DNA from: Pseudomonadota bacterium | GTDB lineage: Bacteria; Pseudomonadota; Alphaproteobacteria; Caulobacterales; Hyphomonadaceae | NCBI GenBank assembly: GCA_039030935.1 | Contig: JBCCDF010000001.1 | Location: 1-48,183, forward strand | Direction of reading: 5' to 3' | Length of the DNA: 48,183 nt | Part shown: one piece after another, positions 9,390-18,348 of the stretch | How positions within the stretch are numbered: position 1 is the first letter of the stretch | How the letters are laid out: the number at the start of each line of letters is the position of its first letter | Program-made: the position numbers and the translations under genes | Notes under the pieces: model-generated | The model's database searches: none | What the model saw: only the letters and a program-made list of their open reading frames with translations | Told to the model about the DNA's origin: nothing

Positions 9390-9902
9390 ATGTTCGGATT
9401 TGAACAATTAGAAGCGTTTCTCGAGCGAGGTGGACCTGTCCTTCTTGTGATCATGGTCGCAGCATTTCTAATGCTTGCCTTGATCCTAGAGCGACTGTTC
9501 TACTTCCGCATCGCGCACAACGCTGTCGCCGATGAGGCCTTATCAGAATGGCAGTCGCGTTCTGATAAGTCGTCTCTGCAGGCAAGCTGGATCCGCGAGA
9601 AAATCATCTCTGAGGTTCGCGAGAAAGTTCGTGCAAATATTATTTTCGCGAAGTTTCTCGTCGCTCTTGCTCCGCTGCTAGGGCTGTTGGGAACAGTGAC
9701 CGGTATGATCGCTGTGTTTGACTACATGGCGATTACACAGGGTTCTGACGTTCAGGCTATGGCAAGGGGTGTGTCCCAAGCGACGATCCCAACCATGGCC
9801 GGAATGGTGACCTCCATCGTGGGTATCATTTTCACATCAGGCATGGATCGACGCGCAAATCGTCTGGTTCAACAGTTTGAAGACAAGTTGGAGAACCACT
9901 GA
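9390..9902 (+). CDS. exbB: MotA/TolQ/ExbB proton-channel protein
   Basis: GGPV, LERL, APLLGLLGTVTGMI and MARGVSQATIPTMAG motifs. Confidence 0.9.
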   Translation: MFGFEQLEAFLERGGPVLLVIMVAAFLMLALILERLFYFRIAHNAVADEALSEWQSRSDKSSLQASWIREKIISEVREKVRANIIFAKFLVALAPLLGLLGTVTGMIAVFDYMAITQGSDVQAMARGVSQATIPTMAGMVTSIVGIIFTSGMDRRANRLVQQFEDKLENH

Positions 9903-10309
9903 TGCGAGGACGTAGTGCTAGAGCGCCTGAAGAGGCGAAAGTCGATCTGACACCGATGCTGGACGTCGTATTCATTTTGCTGATTTTCTTTATTGTGACA
10001 TCGAACTTCATTCAGGAAGAGACGCTGGGAATGGAGGGGCCACCTCCACCAAGCCCTCAGCAACAAAATGAGCAAGTTCCTGCCATAATTGTCCGCATTT
10101 CTGAGGATAATCTGATACGCGTGAATAATCGTGTGACTGATATCGGAGGTGTGCGCGCCAATATGGAGCGACTACGAGCGGAGAATCCGTCCAGCGCCTT
10201 GATTATTCAAGCACATCCAAGGGCGCCTTCGGGCACGGTAATCCGAGTTCGAGATCAGGCTTACAATGCGAATATGGAACGGGTGAATGTCATCCGTGAC
10301 GCGGAATAG
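9902..10309 (+). CDS. exbD: ExbD/TolR family protein (copy 1)
   Basis: DLTPMLDVVFILLIFFIVT TM motif with the conserved Asp. Confidence 0.92.
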   Translation: MRGRSARAPEEAKVDLTPMLDVVFILLIFFIVTSNFIQEETLGMEGPPPPSPQQQNEQVPAIIVRISEDNLIRVNNRVTDIGGVRANMERLRAENPSSALIIQAHPRAPSGTVIRVRDQAYNANMERVNVIRDAE

Positions 10310-10318
10310 GAGGAGCGA

Positions 10319-10738
10319 ATGGCTAGACGTAAACGTGCTGTCGCTGCTGAAACAAATGCGGAAGATGATGTAAATCTCACACCCATGTTGGATGTGGTTT
10401 TCATCCTCTTGATCTTCTTCATTGTAACAGCCGTCTTTATCAAAATGCCGGGCGCTGAGATTACCCGCCAGTCGGTCGATAATCTTGAGTCGACCAAACC
10501 ACTCGCTATTCTGATCGCTGTTGATGAGAATAGCGATATCTGGATCGCGAATGAAAATATCGCGCTGGAGCAGGTCGGTTTTAAAATCAAAGAAATGCGA
10601 GAAGAGAATTCTCTCGGTGAGCTGGTCTTGCAGGTCGATGAAGCGGCCGAAGCTGGCAAAATGATCGATCTTCTGGAGATTGTGGCCCAAGCTGACGGTC
10701 TGACAGTATCCAGAATTTCAACGGACAGACGAGGTTAA
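10319..10738 (+). CDS. exbD: ExbD/TolR family protein (copy 2)
   Basis: NLTPMLDVVFILLIFFIVT motif; AGGAG RBS. Confidence 0.92.
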   Translation: MARRKRAVAAETNAEDDVNLTPMLDVVFILLIFFIVTAVFIKMPGAEITRQSVDNLESTKPLAILIAVDENSDIWIANENIALEQVGFKIKEMREENSLGELVLQVDEAAEAGKMIDLLEIVAQADGLTVSRISTDRRG

Positions 10739-10750
10739 AAGGAGCATATT

Positions 10751-11392
10751 ATGTTTGCTAATCCAATCATTCGGATTCTGCTTGGTGCACCTGCCGCAGC
10801 AGCGATCACATACGTTCTTTTCATTGGAATGAACGCATTGATCTCAACGCCCTGGGTTAAGCCTGACGATAAGGAGCAACGCACAATTGAGCGCATTACG
10901 CCTCTGGAAGAAAACACAGAGGTCCGTCGCCGTGCTCGTGCCAAGCCGAGACAACAGAGAAACGCTGATAAGCCACCGCCACCGCCAAAACTGTCTACCA
11001 GTAAGCGTGATATCAATCTGCCAACGCCTTCAATTCAAGGCGCTGCTCCGACGGAGTTGAGAATTGATCGAATGTCTTCGCTTGCGATTGATCCGGTGGC
11101 CATTTCAGATCGTGATGCACAGCCGATTAGGCCGCCATTGCCGACATATCCCAATCGGGCCGCCGAACGTGGCATTGAGGGAAGCTGTGAAGTGCGTTTC
11201 GATGTCGATGTTCGAGGCAAGCCGTACAATATCTCTGCGGATTGTTCCGATAATATCTTCCGACGTGAAGCTGAACGTGCGGTCAGCCGTGTTGAATTCG
11301 CACCGAAGATCGTTCGCGGGAAAGCGGCCGAGCGCCGCAACGTGGTCTATCCTCTTGAATTCCAACTCGAGGATGGTGGTCGACGTCGTTAG
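10751..11392 (+). CDS. tonB: Energy transducer TonB (operon copy)
   Basis: N-terminal TM helix, Pro-rich KPPPPPK linker, C-terminal YP.RA.ERGIEG.C.V.FDV domain. Confidence 0.92.
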   Translation: MFANPIIRILLGAPAAAAITYVLFIGMNALISTPWVKPDDKEQRTIERITPLEENTEVRRRARAKPRQQRNADKPPPPPKLSTSKRDINLPTPSIQGAAPTELRIDRMSSLAIDPVAISDRDAQPIRPPLPTYPNRAAERGIEGSCEVRFDVDVRGKPYNISADCSDNIFRREAERAVSRVEFAPKIVRGKAAERRNVVYPLEFQLEDGGRRR

Positions 11393-11412
11393 CTTTGCAA
11401 AATATCGGTTTC

Positions 11413-11442
11413 AAAGAGGGGCCACAATCGGCCCCTTTTTTT
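11413..11442 (+). terminator. Rho-independent terminator after the first tonB
   Basis: AAAGAGGGGCC-ACAATC-GGCCCC followed by 7 T. Confidence 0.85.
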
Positions 11443-11458
11443 CGGTCAGTCTCTGAAT

Positions 11459-11520
11459 TGTCATATTATTACATTTTACTTGACAAGTCGCCGACGCAAT
11501 CATAATGTCATATTATGACA
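11459..11520 (+). promoter_or_regulatory. Internal promoter of the second tonB, flanked by two 7-1-7 palindromic operator-like boxes
   Basis: TGTCATA-T-TATTACA (11459-11473); TTGACA (11480-11485), 17-nt spacer, TAATGT (11503-11508); perfect TGTCATA-T-TATGACA (11506-11520). Confidence 0.7.
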
Positions 11521-11538
11521 ATATGGGAGCAGCTATCC

Positions 11539-12168
11539 ATGGCCTTGTTCAAAGCTCACTCACGATCAAAGCATTTAACTCTGGCGGCTACTCCGGCTGC
11601 GGCGCTAACGTTTACAGTCTTTTTTGGAATGACGCTGATGTTGGATGATCAAATTGCCGTAGCAGCTGAGAGTGATCCCCCTCGCGTGCTGAAAATTGAA
11701 CGCCCAAAAGAGAAAGAGATAGAGCCCCGCAAGACGAAAAGAGAGCCGGTCAAACTGGCGGAGTTGCCTCCGCCGCCACCGAAACTTTCAACGGCGGCGG
11801 TTCCAATGGACTTTATACCGATGAGTTTCACAGGTTCTGAGCCAGAACCGCTGCGAGAGAATCGCCTCGATATATTCAAGCCGCTTGTGCTTGGAGCAAT
11901 CGACCGGATTGCAAAGCCGGTCAGCCCTCCGCTTCCAGTTTATCCACAACGGGCTGAAACACGCGGAGTGAGCGGTGTCTGCGATATCCGTTTTCATTTG
12001 ACCGAGACGGGTGAACCATACGACCTCGACGTCGATTGCAGTGATTCGGTCTTCAATCGCTCAGCCTATAACGCGATTTCGAAGACGCGTTTCATGCCTA
12101 AAATCGACAATGGTCGGTCTGTCGGGCAGCGAGATATGCTTTATTCCATAGAGTATAAAATTCAGTAA
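11539..12168 (+). CDS. tonB: Energy transducer TonB (second paralog)
   Basis: TM anchor, LPPPPPKLST linker, YPQRAETRGVSGVC..RF domain. Start moved to ATG at 11539 (GGGAG RBS) because ATG 11515 lies inside the operator-like box. Confidence 0.88.
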   Translation: MALFKAHSRSKHLTLAATPAAALTFTVFFGMTLMLDDQIAVAAESDPPRVLKIERPKEKEIEPRKTKREPVKLAELPPPPPKLSTAAVPMDFIPMSFTGSEPEPLRENRLDIFKPLVLGAIDRIAKPVSPPLPVYPQRAETRGVSGVCDIRFHLTETGEPYDLDVDCSDSVFNRSAYNAISKTRFMPKIDNGRSVGQRDMLYSIEYKIQ

Positions 12169-12289
12169 TGAATTTGATCATGCCAGTCTGCGAAAATACA
12201 TCACAATTTATCAATACCCGCTTGAAGCGGGAGCGTTTTTCCGGTGTACTGTGAGAGTACACCGCGTCTGCGGAGAGGAGTGAAACAAG

Positions 12290-13672
12290 ATGAAAATCAC
12301 GAACATCCTTAAAGGAGCCATCGCTGGTAGCGTTTTGATCGCGCTAGGGGCTGGTAACAGCTTTGGCCAAGAGTGCCTTGAAACCCAGTTCACGGCGTCA
12401 AATTATGACGTCTATGCCAAAGCTGAGACTGAGCTTCTGGTAAATGATAATGCGCAAGCCGCGCAGCAATTTTTCAATCAATTGATGACAATGGAATTGA
12501 ATTGCTACGAACGGAACGCAGCAATTCGCCTTGGCGCTGGTGTTAAAATCAAGCTTGGTGATTTCCGAGGTGCAGCGCAAGATTTTGAAGGTCTGCTGCG
12601 GTCTGGCGTTATACCGGCTCAGGACCGTACAAAAACGCTGTTCGATATCTCCCAGATGTACCTCAATGCTGACGATCAACCAAAGGCGTTGAGCTATCTT
12701 GATCAGTGGATTAGCGCTGGTGGACGTCCGGACCGGACAACGAAATGGCAAATGGCTGTTTTGAATTATCAAGAGGACAAAAACCAGCAAGCTGTTCGTT
12801 GGGCGGAAGAAGTCTTCCGTGACGATGGACCAAATGCTGAACGCCAAGTCTATGACTTTCTGATCCTTCTGTATGATCGCACAGGTCAGCTCAGCAAAAA
12901 AGCTCAACTGCTAGAGCAGCTTTTGGTGAAGAACCCAAATGAGCGCCTATTGTGGGATGCGATTGCTGGTGATTACTTTAAAGCCAACGATCAGCGCAAA
13001 GCCTTTGAAGTTCAGAAAGCGATGTATCTCGCCGGTATTTTGCAGACTGAGAGTGAGCTTGAGCGCATTGCGAGCTTCTACAATCAGTTCAACGCACCTT
13101 ATCAGGCCGCGCGTGTTCTTGAGAAAGAAATGAATGCGGGTCGAATTGCCAAAAACTATGACCGCCTTGAACGTCTTGCATCGCTTTACCAGGCCTCACG
13201 CGAGTATCAGCGCGCTATTCCAGTGATTGAGGAGGCGGCGCGAATGTCTTCCAATGGCGAGATGTATTTCAGACTCGGCCGCTCTCATCTTGAGCTGCGA
13301 AACTGGGCCGAAGCCGATACCGCGTTCACACAAGCCATCAATAGAGGCGGGTTGAAAGATGCAGCCTCGGCTTGGGTCATGATTGGCCAGACCCGCTATG
13401 AGCGCGAAGACCGCGCGGGCGCGCGTGAAGCCTTCCGGAGTGCGAATAGTCGTGCGGGCCGCAACTGGCTCGACTTTATGAGAAACGAAGATGAGACAGA
13501 GCGCCAGATCGCGCGTTATGAACTCACCAGTCGAGTTGATGACATTGAGGGCGAGATCAATGTCTGTAAACAAACAGAGGCGCTCGGCCCTACAGAAGCG
13601 TGCCAGACTGCACCGGCACGTCTCGTAGAGGCGCAAGAGGCGCTGGCCGCATTTGACGGCAGAAGCACCTAA
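12290..13672 (+). CDS. Periplasmic TPR-repeat protein (TtpD-like TonB accessory protein)
   Basis: Signal peptide, repeated helical TPR-like units, PYQAARVLEK motif. Last gene of the TonB cluster. Confidence 0.8.
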   Translation: MKITNILKGAIAGSVLIALGAGNSFGQECLETQFTASNYDVYAKAETELLVNDNAQAAQQFFNQLMTMELNCYERNAAIRLGAGVKIKLGDFRGAAQDFEGLLRSGVIPAQDRTKTLFDISQMYLNADDQPKALSYLDQWISAGGRPDRTTKWQMAVLNYQEDKNQQAVRWAEEVFRDDGPNAERQVYDFLILLYDRTGQLSKKAQLLEQLLVKNPNERLLWDAIAGDYFKANDQRKAFEVQKAMYLAGILQTESELERIASFYNQFNAPYQAARVLEKEMNAGRIAKNYDRLERLASLYQASREYQRAIPVIEEAARMSSNGEMYFRLGRSHLELRNWAEADTAFTQAINRGGLKDAASAWVMIGQTRYEREDRAGAREAFRSANSRAGRNWLDFMRNEDETERQIARYELTSRVDDIEGEINVCKQTEALGPTEACQTAPARLVEAQEALAAFDGRST

Positions 13673-13691
13673 TCGTTTCATCGAATAAAAG

Positions 13692-13726
13692 GAACGGCCT
13701 CTGTAGTGTGTCTACAGAGGCCGTTC
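13692..13726 (+). terminator. Long perfect hairpin, probable terminator of the TPR gene
   Basis: GAACGGCCTCTGTAG-TGTGT-CTACAGAGGCCGTTC, a 15-bp perfect stem 19 nt after the stop. The U tail on + is weak. Confidence 0.65.
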
Positions 13727-13774
13727 TCCTATGTGATACTTGCTTTTCGAAGCCGACCGTGACACGCCTCACAC

Positions 13775-15031
13775 ATGACTGATTTAACTATCCGAACCCT
13801 AGAAGATAACAATATCTGTACGCGCGTTGAAGCTCTGGAAGAAGCTATGCAGTCGCGGACTTTTGATTGGGCGCGCATCAATAGTGGCAGCTGGAATCGC
13901 GAAGGTCTCGATAAGCTCGCCCCAAAAATGGTAGAGGCATTTTCACAACTTCAAGCGACGGTGACGCTCAATACGCCTGATGCGATTGAGCGAATTAACG
14001 GGAAAGGTCGTCCCGATGCGTTCGAGACCTCACCGATTATAAATATCGAGGCCCGACCCGACGCCCCCGTTCAGGTCGTTATGACGGGGCACTATGACAC
14101 CGTCTTTCCACCCGGCACATTTACAGACATTACTGATCTTGGCGATGGCCGCGTCAATGGTCCGGGCTTGGCAGATATGAAGGGTGGGCTTTCCGTTATG
14201 CTCGGAGCGTTGCAGGCGTTTGAAGCTGGCCCTCTTAAAAATCAGCTCGGTTATAGAATCGTAATCTCACCAGATGAAGAGACCGGAAATTTTGCGAGTG
14301 CCTCGGCTTTACAGAAAGCCTCGAGCAGTGGCGCAATGATCGGGATGACTTACGAGCCATGCTTGGAGAGCGGTGCAATGTCTGGCGGGCGTAAGGGCTC
14401 TGCTGTGTTTGATATCGTTCTGCAGGGACGCTCTGCCCATGCCGGGCGCGCCAAGCAGGAGGGGCGTAGCGCTCTGGAAGCCGCGTCTCATCTCGTTGTC
14501 GGCCTCGAAGGGCTTAACGGGCAATATGAAGGTGTGTCAGTCAATGTCGGCGCGATTGATGGCGGCGGTGCTGTCAACATTGTGCCCGATCTCTCGATCA
14601 TTCGTTTTGGAGCACGTGCCCCTGACGATGAGGCGGCGAGCTGGGCCACTGAGCGGATTAATGAGCTACTTGCCGACGCTCTAGCGCGCGACGGGATTAG
14701 CGGACAGCTTCACGGCGGGTTCTATCGTCCACCAAAGCCCCGCAATGCGGCCCAGGATGCTCTTTTCGATGCCGTCAGCGAAACGGGAAGAGCCATAGAT
14801 CTTGATCTTGAGTTCGTGGACACAGGCGGGGTCTGCGAAGGCAATAACGTGTTCGCGGCGGGTGTTCCGAATGTTGATACGCTTGGCGTCATGGGCGGGC
14901 GTATCCATTCGGCTGAAGAATATGTCGTTATGTCCAGCTTTGTGGAGCGTGCGCAACTGTCTGCTCTCCTCCTCAATCGCCTTGCGGATGGCAGAATCGA
15001 CGCTGCAAAAATCAAGGCGATGATGGGATGA
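13775..15031 (+). CDS. M20 family metallo-amidohydrolase in the ast cluster (candidate succinylglutamate desuccinylase)
   Basis: GHYDTVF, GPGLADMKGG, DEE, G.SAHAG, GGVCEGN and G.IHS.EE motifs. Overlaps astA by 4 bp. Confidence 0.8.
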   Translation: MTDLTIRTLEDNNICTRVEALEEAMQSRTFDWARINSGSWNREGLDKLAPKMVEAFSQLQATVTLNTPDAIERINGKGRPDAFETSPIINIEARPDAPVQVVMTGHYDTVFPPGTFTDITDLGDGRVNGPGLADMKGGLSVMLGALQAFEAGPLKNQLGYRIVISPDEETGNFASASALQKASSSGAMIGMTYEPCLESGAMSGGRKGSAVFDIVLQGRSAHAGRAKQEGRSALEAASHLVVGLEGLNGQYEGVSVNVGAIDGGGAVNIVPDLSIIRFGARAPDDEAASWATERINELLADALARDGISGQLHGGFYRPPKPRNAAQDALFDAVSETGRAIDLDLEFVDTGGVCEGNNVFAAGVPNVDTLGVMGGRIHSAEEYVVMSSFVERAQLSALLLNRLADGRIDAAKIKAMMG

Positions 15032-16050
15032 TCGCACCCTATGTCATGCGTCCTGCCGGGCTGGATGATTTCGACGCATTGATGCAAATGGCAGAAGAGT
15101 CTGGGCCAGGCTTTACATCCTTACCGGTCGATGAAGGCATTATTAGCGGGCGATTGAAGAAGTCGGTCGCGTCCTTTGCAGGTGACATCGACCCGATTGA
15201 ATATGGCAAGTATCTTATGATGCTTGAAAATACCGAAACTGGCGAAATAGGGGGCTGCAGCGCCGTTAAAGCTGGAACGGGAATTGATGCGCCCTTCTTC
15301 AATTACCGCATCATCACACTGGCACAGGCCAGTCTGGCCGCAGATCGTCGTTTCGACATGGATGCGTTAATCCTGACCAATGAATTTGTTGGCTTTACCG
15401 AAGTGGGGACACTGTTTGTCCGAGAGCGGCACCGCGGGAACGGAATAGGGCGATTGACCGCGCAATCGCGATATTTGTTGATGGCGACCCAACCTGAACG
15501 CTTTGGTGAGATGATCCTCGCTGAGCTGAGGGGGGTGGTTGATAAGGACGGTAATACGCCCTTCTGGGACCATTTAGGGCGGTACTTCTTCCGGATGGAA
15601 TTTGTCGAAGCTGATTATCTCTCCGCAACGACAAACAATCAGTTCATCCTCGATCTGATGCCGAAATATCCGATCTATGTGGATCTTCTGCCGCCCGAAG
15701 CCCGCGAAGTCATAGGGCGCTGTCACGCCGATGGCGTCGGCGCGATGAAACTGCTTGAATGGGAAGGGTTCCGGTTTGAGCGCGTCGTCGATATCTTTGA
15801 CGGCGGGCCAATGGTCGTCGCCCAACGCCAACTCATTCGAACAATTCGTGAGGCGCGTATTGTGACCTTGAAAGCAGGTGAAGCGGAGGGACAGGACGGT
15901 CTTGCAGCCCGTTGCGACCTTGCCGACTTTCGAACGACACAGCTAACGGGTGCCTTGCAGAGCGAGGATCGCTTTGTGACGTCTTCTGAAATACTTGATC
16001 GCCTGAAGCTAAAATCAGGGCAGCAGGCGCGAATCTGGCTGAGGACGTAG
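15028..16050 (+). CDS. astA: Arginine N-succinyltransferase
   Basis: GFTSLP, EVGTLF, SRYL, AELRG, PFW..LG..FF.M.F.EAD, LMPKYPIYV.LL and VDIFDGGP motifs. Confidence 0.95.
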   Translation: MIAPYVMRPAGLDDFDALMQMAEESGPGFTSLPVDEGIISGRLKKSVASFAGDIDPIEYGKYLMMLENTETGEIGGCSAVKAGTGIDAPFFNYRIITLAQASLAADRRFDMDALILTNEFVGFTEVGTLFVRERHRGNGIGRLTAQSRYLLMATQPERFGEMILAELRGVVDKDGNTPFWDHLGRYFFRMEFVEADYLSATTNNQFILDLMPKYPIYVDLLPPEAREVIGRCHADGVGAMKLLEWEGFRFERVVDIFDGGPMVVAQRQLIRTIREARIVTLKAGEAEGQDGLAARCDLADFRTTQLTGALQSEDRFVTSSEILDRLKLKSGQQARIWLRT

Positions 16051-16054
16051 AGTC

Positions 16055-17518
16055 ATGACCAAGAGTGTTTATATCGATGGCGCATGGGAAGCTGGTCAAG
16101 GTGACTGGTTTGAGAAACGTGACCCTGCGACCGGAGAGTTGTCATGGGATGGCAATGCCGCGACGCGCGATCAGGTCGAGAGCGCGCTGAGCGCTTCCCG
16201 GCAGGCTCTCCCCAGTTGGGCTTTGACGCCCCAAAATGCGCGCACAGAGATTTTGCAGAATTATGCCAATGAAATCGGTACCCGTAGCGATGATATCGCA
16301 CATGCCATAAGCCGCGATATGGGAAAAACCCTTTGGGAAAGCCGTGCGGAAGCGGGTGCGATGAAAGGCAAGGTTGCGATTTCGATCAAAGCCCAGACCG
16401 AGCGCGCGGGGACCCAAGAGAGCGAAGCGGCATTTGGATCAACGCATCTCACGCATCGCCCGCATGGCGTGATGGCCGTCCTCGGTCCGTTTAATTTCCC
16501 GGGTCACCTCCCGAATGGACATATTGTTCCAGCGCTTTTGGCTGGGAACACGGTCGTGTTCAAACCCTCAGAACTCGCGCCGAGCGTCGCTTCCATCATG
16601 GTTGAAGCTTTAGACGCTGCAGGTCTGCCGTCCGGCGTTCTAAATATGGTGCAGGGGGGACGTGACACGGGCGCGGCTCTGATCGAAGGCGATATCAATG
16701 GCCTGCTCTTTACCGGATCGGCCGCGGCAGGAACCTATTTCCACAAGCAGTTTGCTGGGCGTCCTGAGGTTATCCTCGCGCTCGAAATGGGCGGCAATAA
16801 TCCGCTCATCATCTGGGATCCAGCGAATATCGATGCCGCCGCAGATATTGCGGCACAATCTGCGTTTTTAACAACAGGGCAGCGCTGTTCCTGCGCACGA
16901 CGCGTAATTTTGCCGACTGGAAAGTGGGGCGATCAGGTCGTTGAGGCGATTGTCGAACGTGCCAGAGGGCTGACGATCGGCAGCTGGCAAGATGATGGCG
17001 CTTTTATGGGGCCCTTGGTGAGCGAGCAGGCAGCACAAAACGCCGTCGACTTCCAGATTATGTTATCGAAAGCAGGCGGAAAGCCCTTGCGCCGACTTAA
17101 GCGAATGGATCGAGGCGGCGGCTTTGTCACAGCCGGCGTGATTGACGTCACCGACGCTAAAAACATTCCCGATGAGGAACTCTTCGGGCCCCTGATGCAA
17201 ATTATTCGCGTCCCTGATTTCGAGACCGCAATCACACGCGCAAACGATACGTGCTATGGCCTGTCGGGGGGACTCATCAGTGATGATGATGCGCTATGGG
17301 CACGCGCGCATAGCGAAATGCGAGCCGGCATTTTGAACAGAAACCGTCCCACGGCTGGGGCCAGTGGCGCGATGCCGTTTGGGGGTCCAGGCCTGTCCGG
17401 GAATTTCCGTCCTGGGGCATATTACGCCGCTGATTATTGCGCATGGCCGCAAGCCAGTCAGGTCGCTGAGACGGCGAACAGAATGAGCGCTGTAGGCTTC
17501 CCCGGAGCCGACGAGTAA
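16055..17518 (+). CDS. astD: Succinylglutamate-semialdehyde dehydrogenase
   Basis: RPHGVMAVLGPFNFPGHLPNGHIVPALLAGN, ALEMGGNNP, GQRCSCARR, EELFGP and SGN.RP.AYYAADYCA motifs. Confidence 0.95.
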   Translation: MTKSVYIDGAWEAGQGDWFEKRDPATGELSWDGNAATRDQVESALSASRQALPSWALTPQNARTEILQNYANEIGTRSDDIAHAISRDMGKTLWESRAEAGAMKGKVAISIKAQTERAGTQESEAAFGSTHLTHRPHGVMAVLGPFNFPGHLPNGHIVPALLAGNTVVFKPSELAPSVASIMVEALDAAGLPSGVLNMVQGGRDTGAALIEGDINGLLFTGSAAAGTYFHKQFAGRPEVILALEMGGNNPLIIWDPANIDAAADIAAQSAFLTTGQRCSCARRVILPTGKWGDQVVEAIVERARGLTIGSWQDDGAFMGPLVSEQAAQNAVDFQIMLSKAGGKPLRRLKRMDRGGGFVTAGVIDVTDAKNIPDEELFGPLMQIIRVPDFETAITRANDTCYGLSGGLISDDDALWARAHSEMRAGILNRNRPTAGASGAMPFGGPGLSGNFRPGAYYAADYCAWPQASQVAETANRMSAVGFPGADE

Positions 17519-18348
17519 TGAGCAATTCAGACCAAATTGAATATTGGAATGGGAAAGCCGGTGAGCGCTGGCGTGATGATGCTGAGGCGCTGGATGCGCT
17601 GCTGGAACCCTATTTGAAGGCTGTGCTCGCGGCACTTACAAGTGAATTGAGCGGCCATATTCTGGACGTCGGATGCGGAGGTGGATCGCTCAGCTTCGCT
17701 GCGCACGCCCGACACTCTGATATCAAAGTGACAGGCGTCGACGTGTCAAAACCACTCCTGAGCTTGGCGGGTGAACGCGCGGACGGGTCTAGCGCTCTGG
17801 ACTTCATCGAGGCCGATGCATCGTCCTTCTCTAGCGAGACGACGTTTGATGCCTTGATATCACGCTTTGGCGTCATGTTCTTCACCGATCCCGTCGCGGC
17901 GTTTTCAAATTTGCGAGCGCAGATGGTACCCGGCGCGCCGATGAGTTTCGCTTGTTGGCGTGCGGCGAGCGAGAATGACTGGATCATGACGCCTTTGAAG
18001 GCGGCACATAGCTTCCTACAAGACGAGTTGTCCATGCCACCCGCGCGTGCACCGGGACCATTCGCCTTTGCTGAGGCGGATTATGTTACCCACATTCTCG
18101 ACTCAGCCGGATGGAATAGTGTCTGGGTCGAACCTTGGGACGGTACGCTGACAATGCCGGGGGAAACACTATCCGACACAGCTGAGTTTTCTCTGACGAT
18201 TGGGCCCCTCGCGCGACTGATTGCAGAGCAGGACATTGATAGGGATAAGTTGAAAAAAGCAGTTGTTGGGCTCCTGGAGGAGCAGATGGGATCAAACGGA
18301 AAAGTTGAGCTGGGCGCTGCGGCGTGGATTGTGACGGCAAAAGCATGA
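17518..18348 (+). CDS. Class I SAM-dependent methyltransferase
   Basis: ILDVGCGGG SAM-binding motif, GVDVS, SRFGVMFF.DP and PGPFAF. Overlaps both neighbouring genes. Confidence 0.88.
   Translation: MSNSDQIEYWNGKAGERWRDDAEALDALLEPYLKAVLAALTSELSGHILDVGCGGGSLSFAAHARHSDIKVTGVDVSKPLLSLAGERADGSSALDFIEADASSFSSETTFDALISRFGVMFFTDPVAAFSNLRAQMVPGAPMSFACWRAASENDWIMTPLKAAHSFLQDELSMPPARAPGPFAFAEADYVTHILDSAGWNSVWVEPWDGTLTMPGETLSDTAEFSLTIGPLARLIAEQDIDRDKLKKAVVGLLEEQMGSNGKVELGAAAWIVTAKA

Noticed and set aside
11515-11538. ORF-track start of the second tonB at 11515
   Set aside because: It lies within the operator-like palindrome at about the predicted +1, and ATG 11539 has a GGGAG RBS. A leaderless start is not fully excluded.
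6710-13672. Genomic island integrated at tRNA-Gln
   Set aside because: No integrase, no repeat of the tRNA 3' end seen, and the downstream genes look like native TonB genes.
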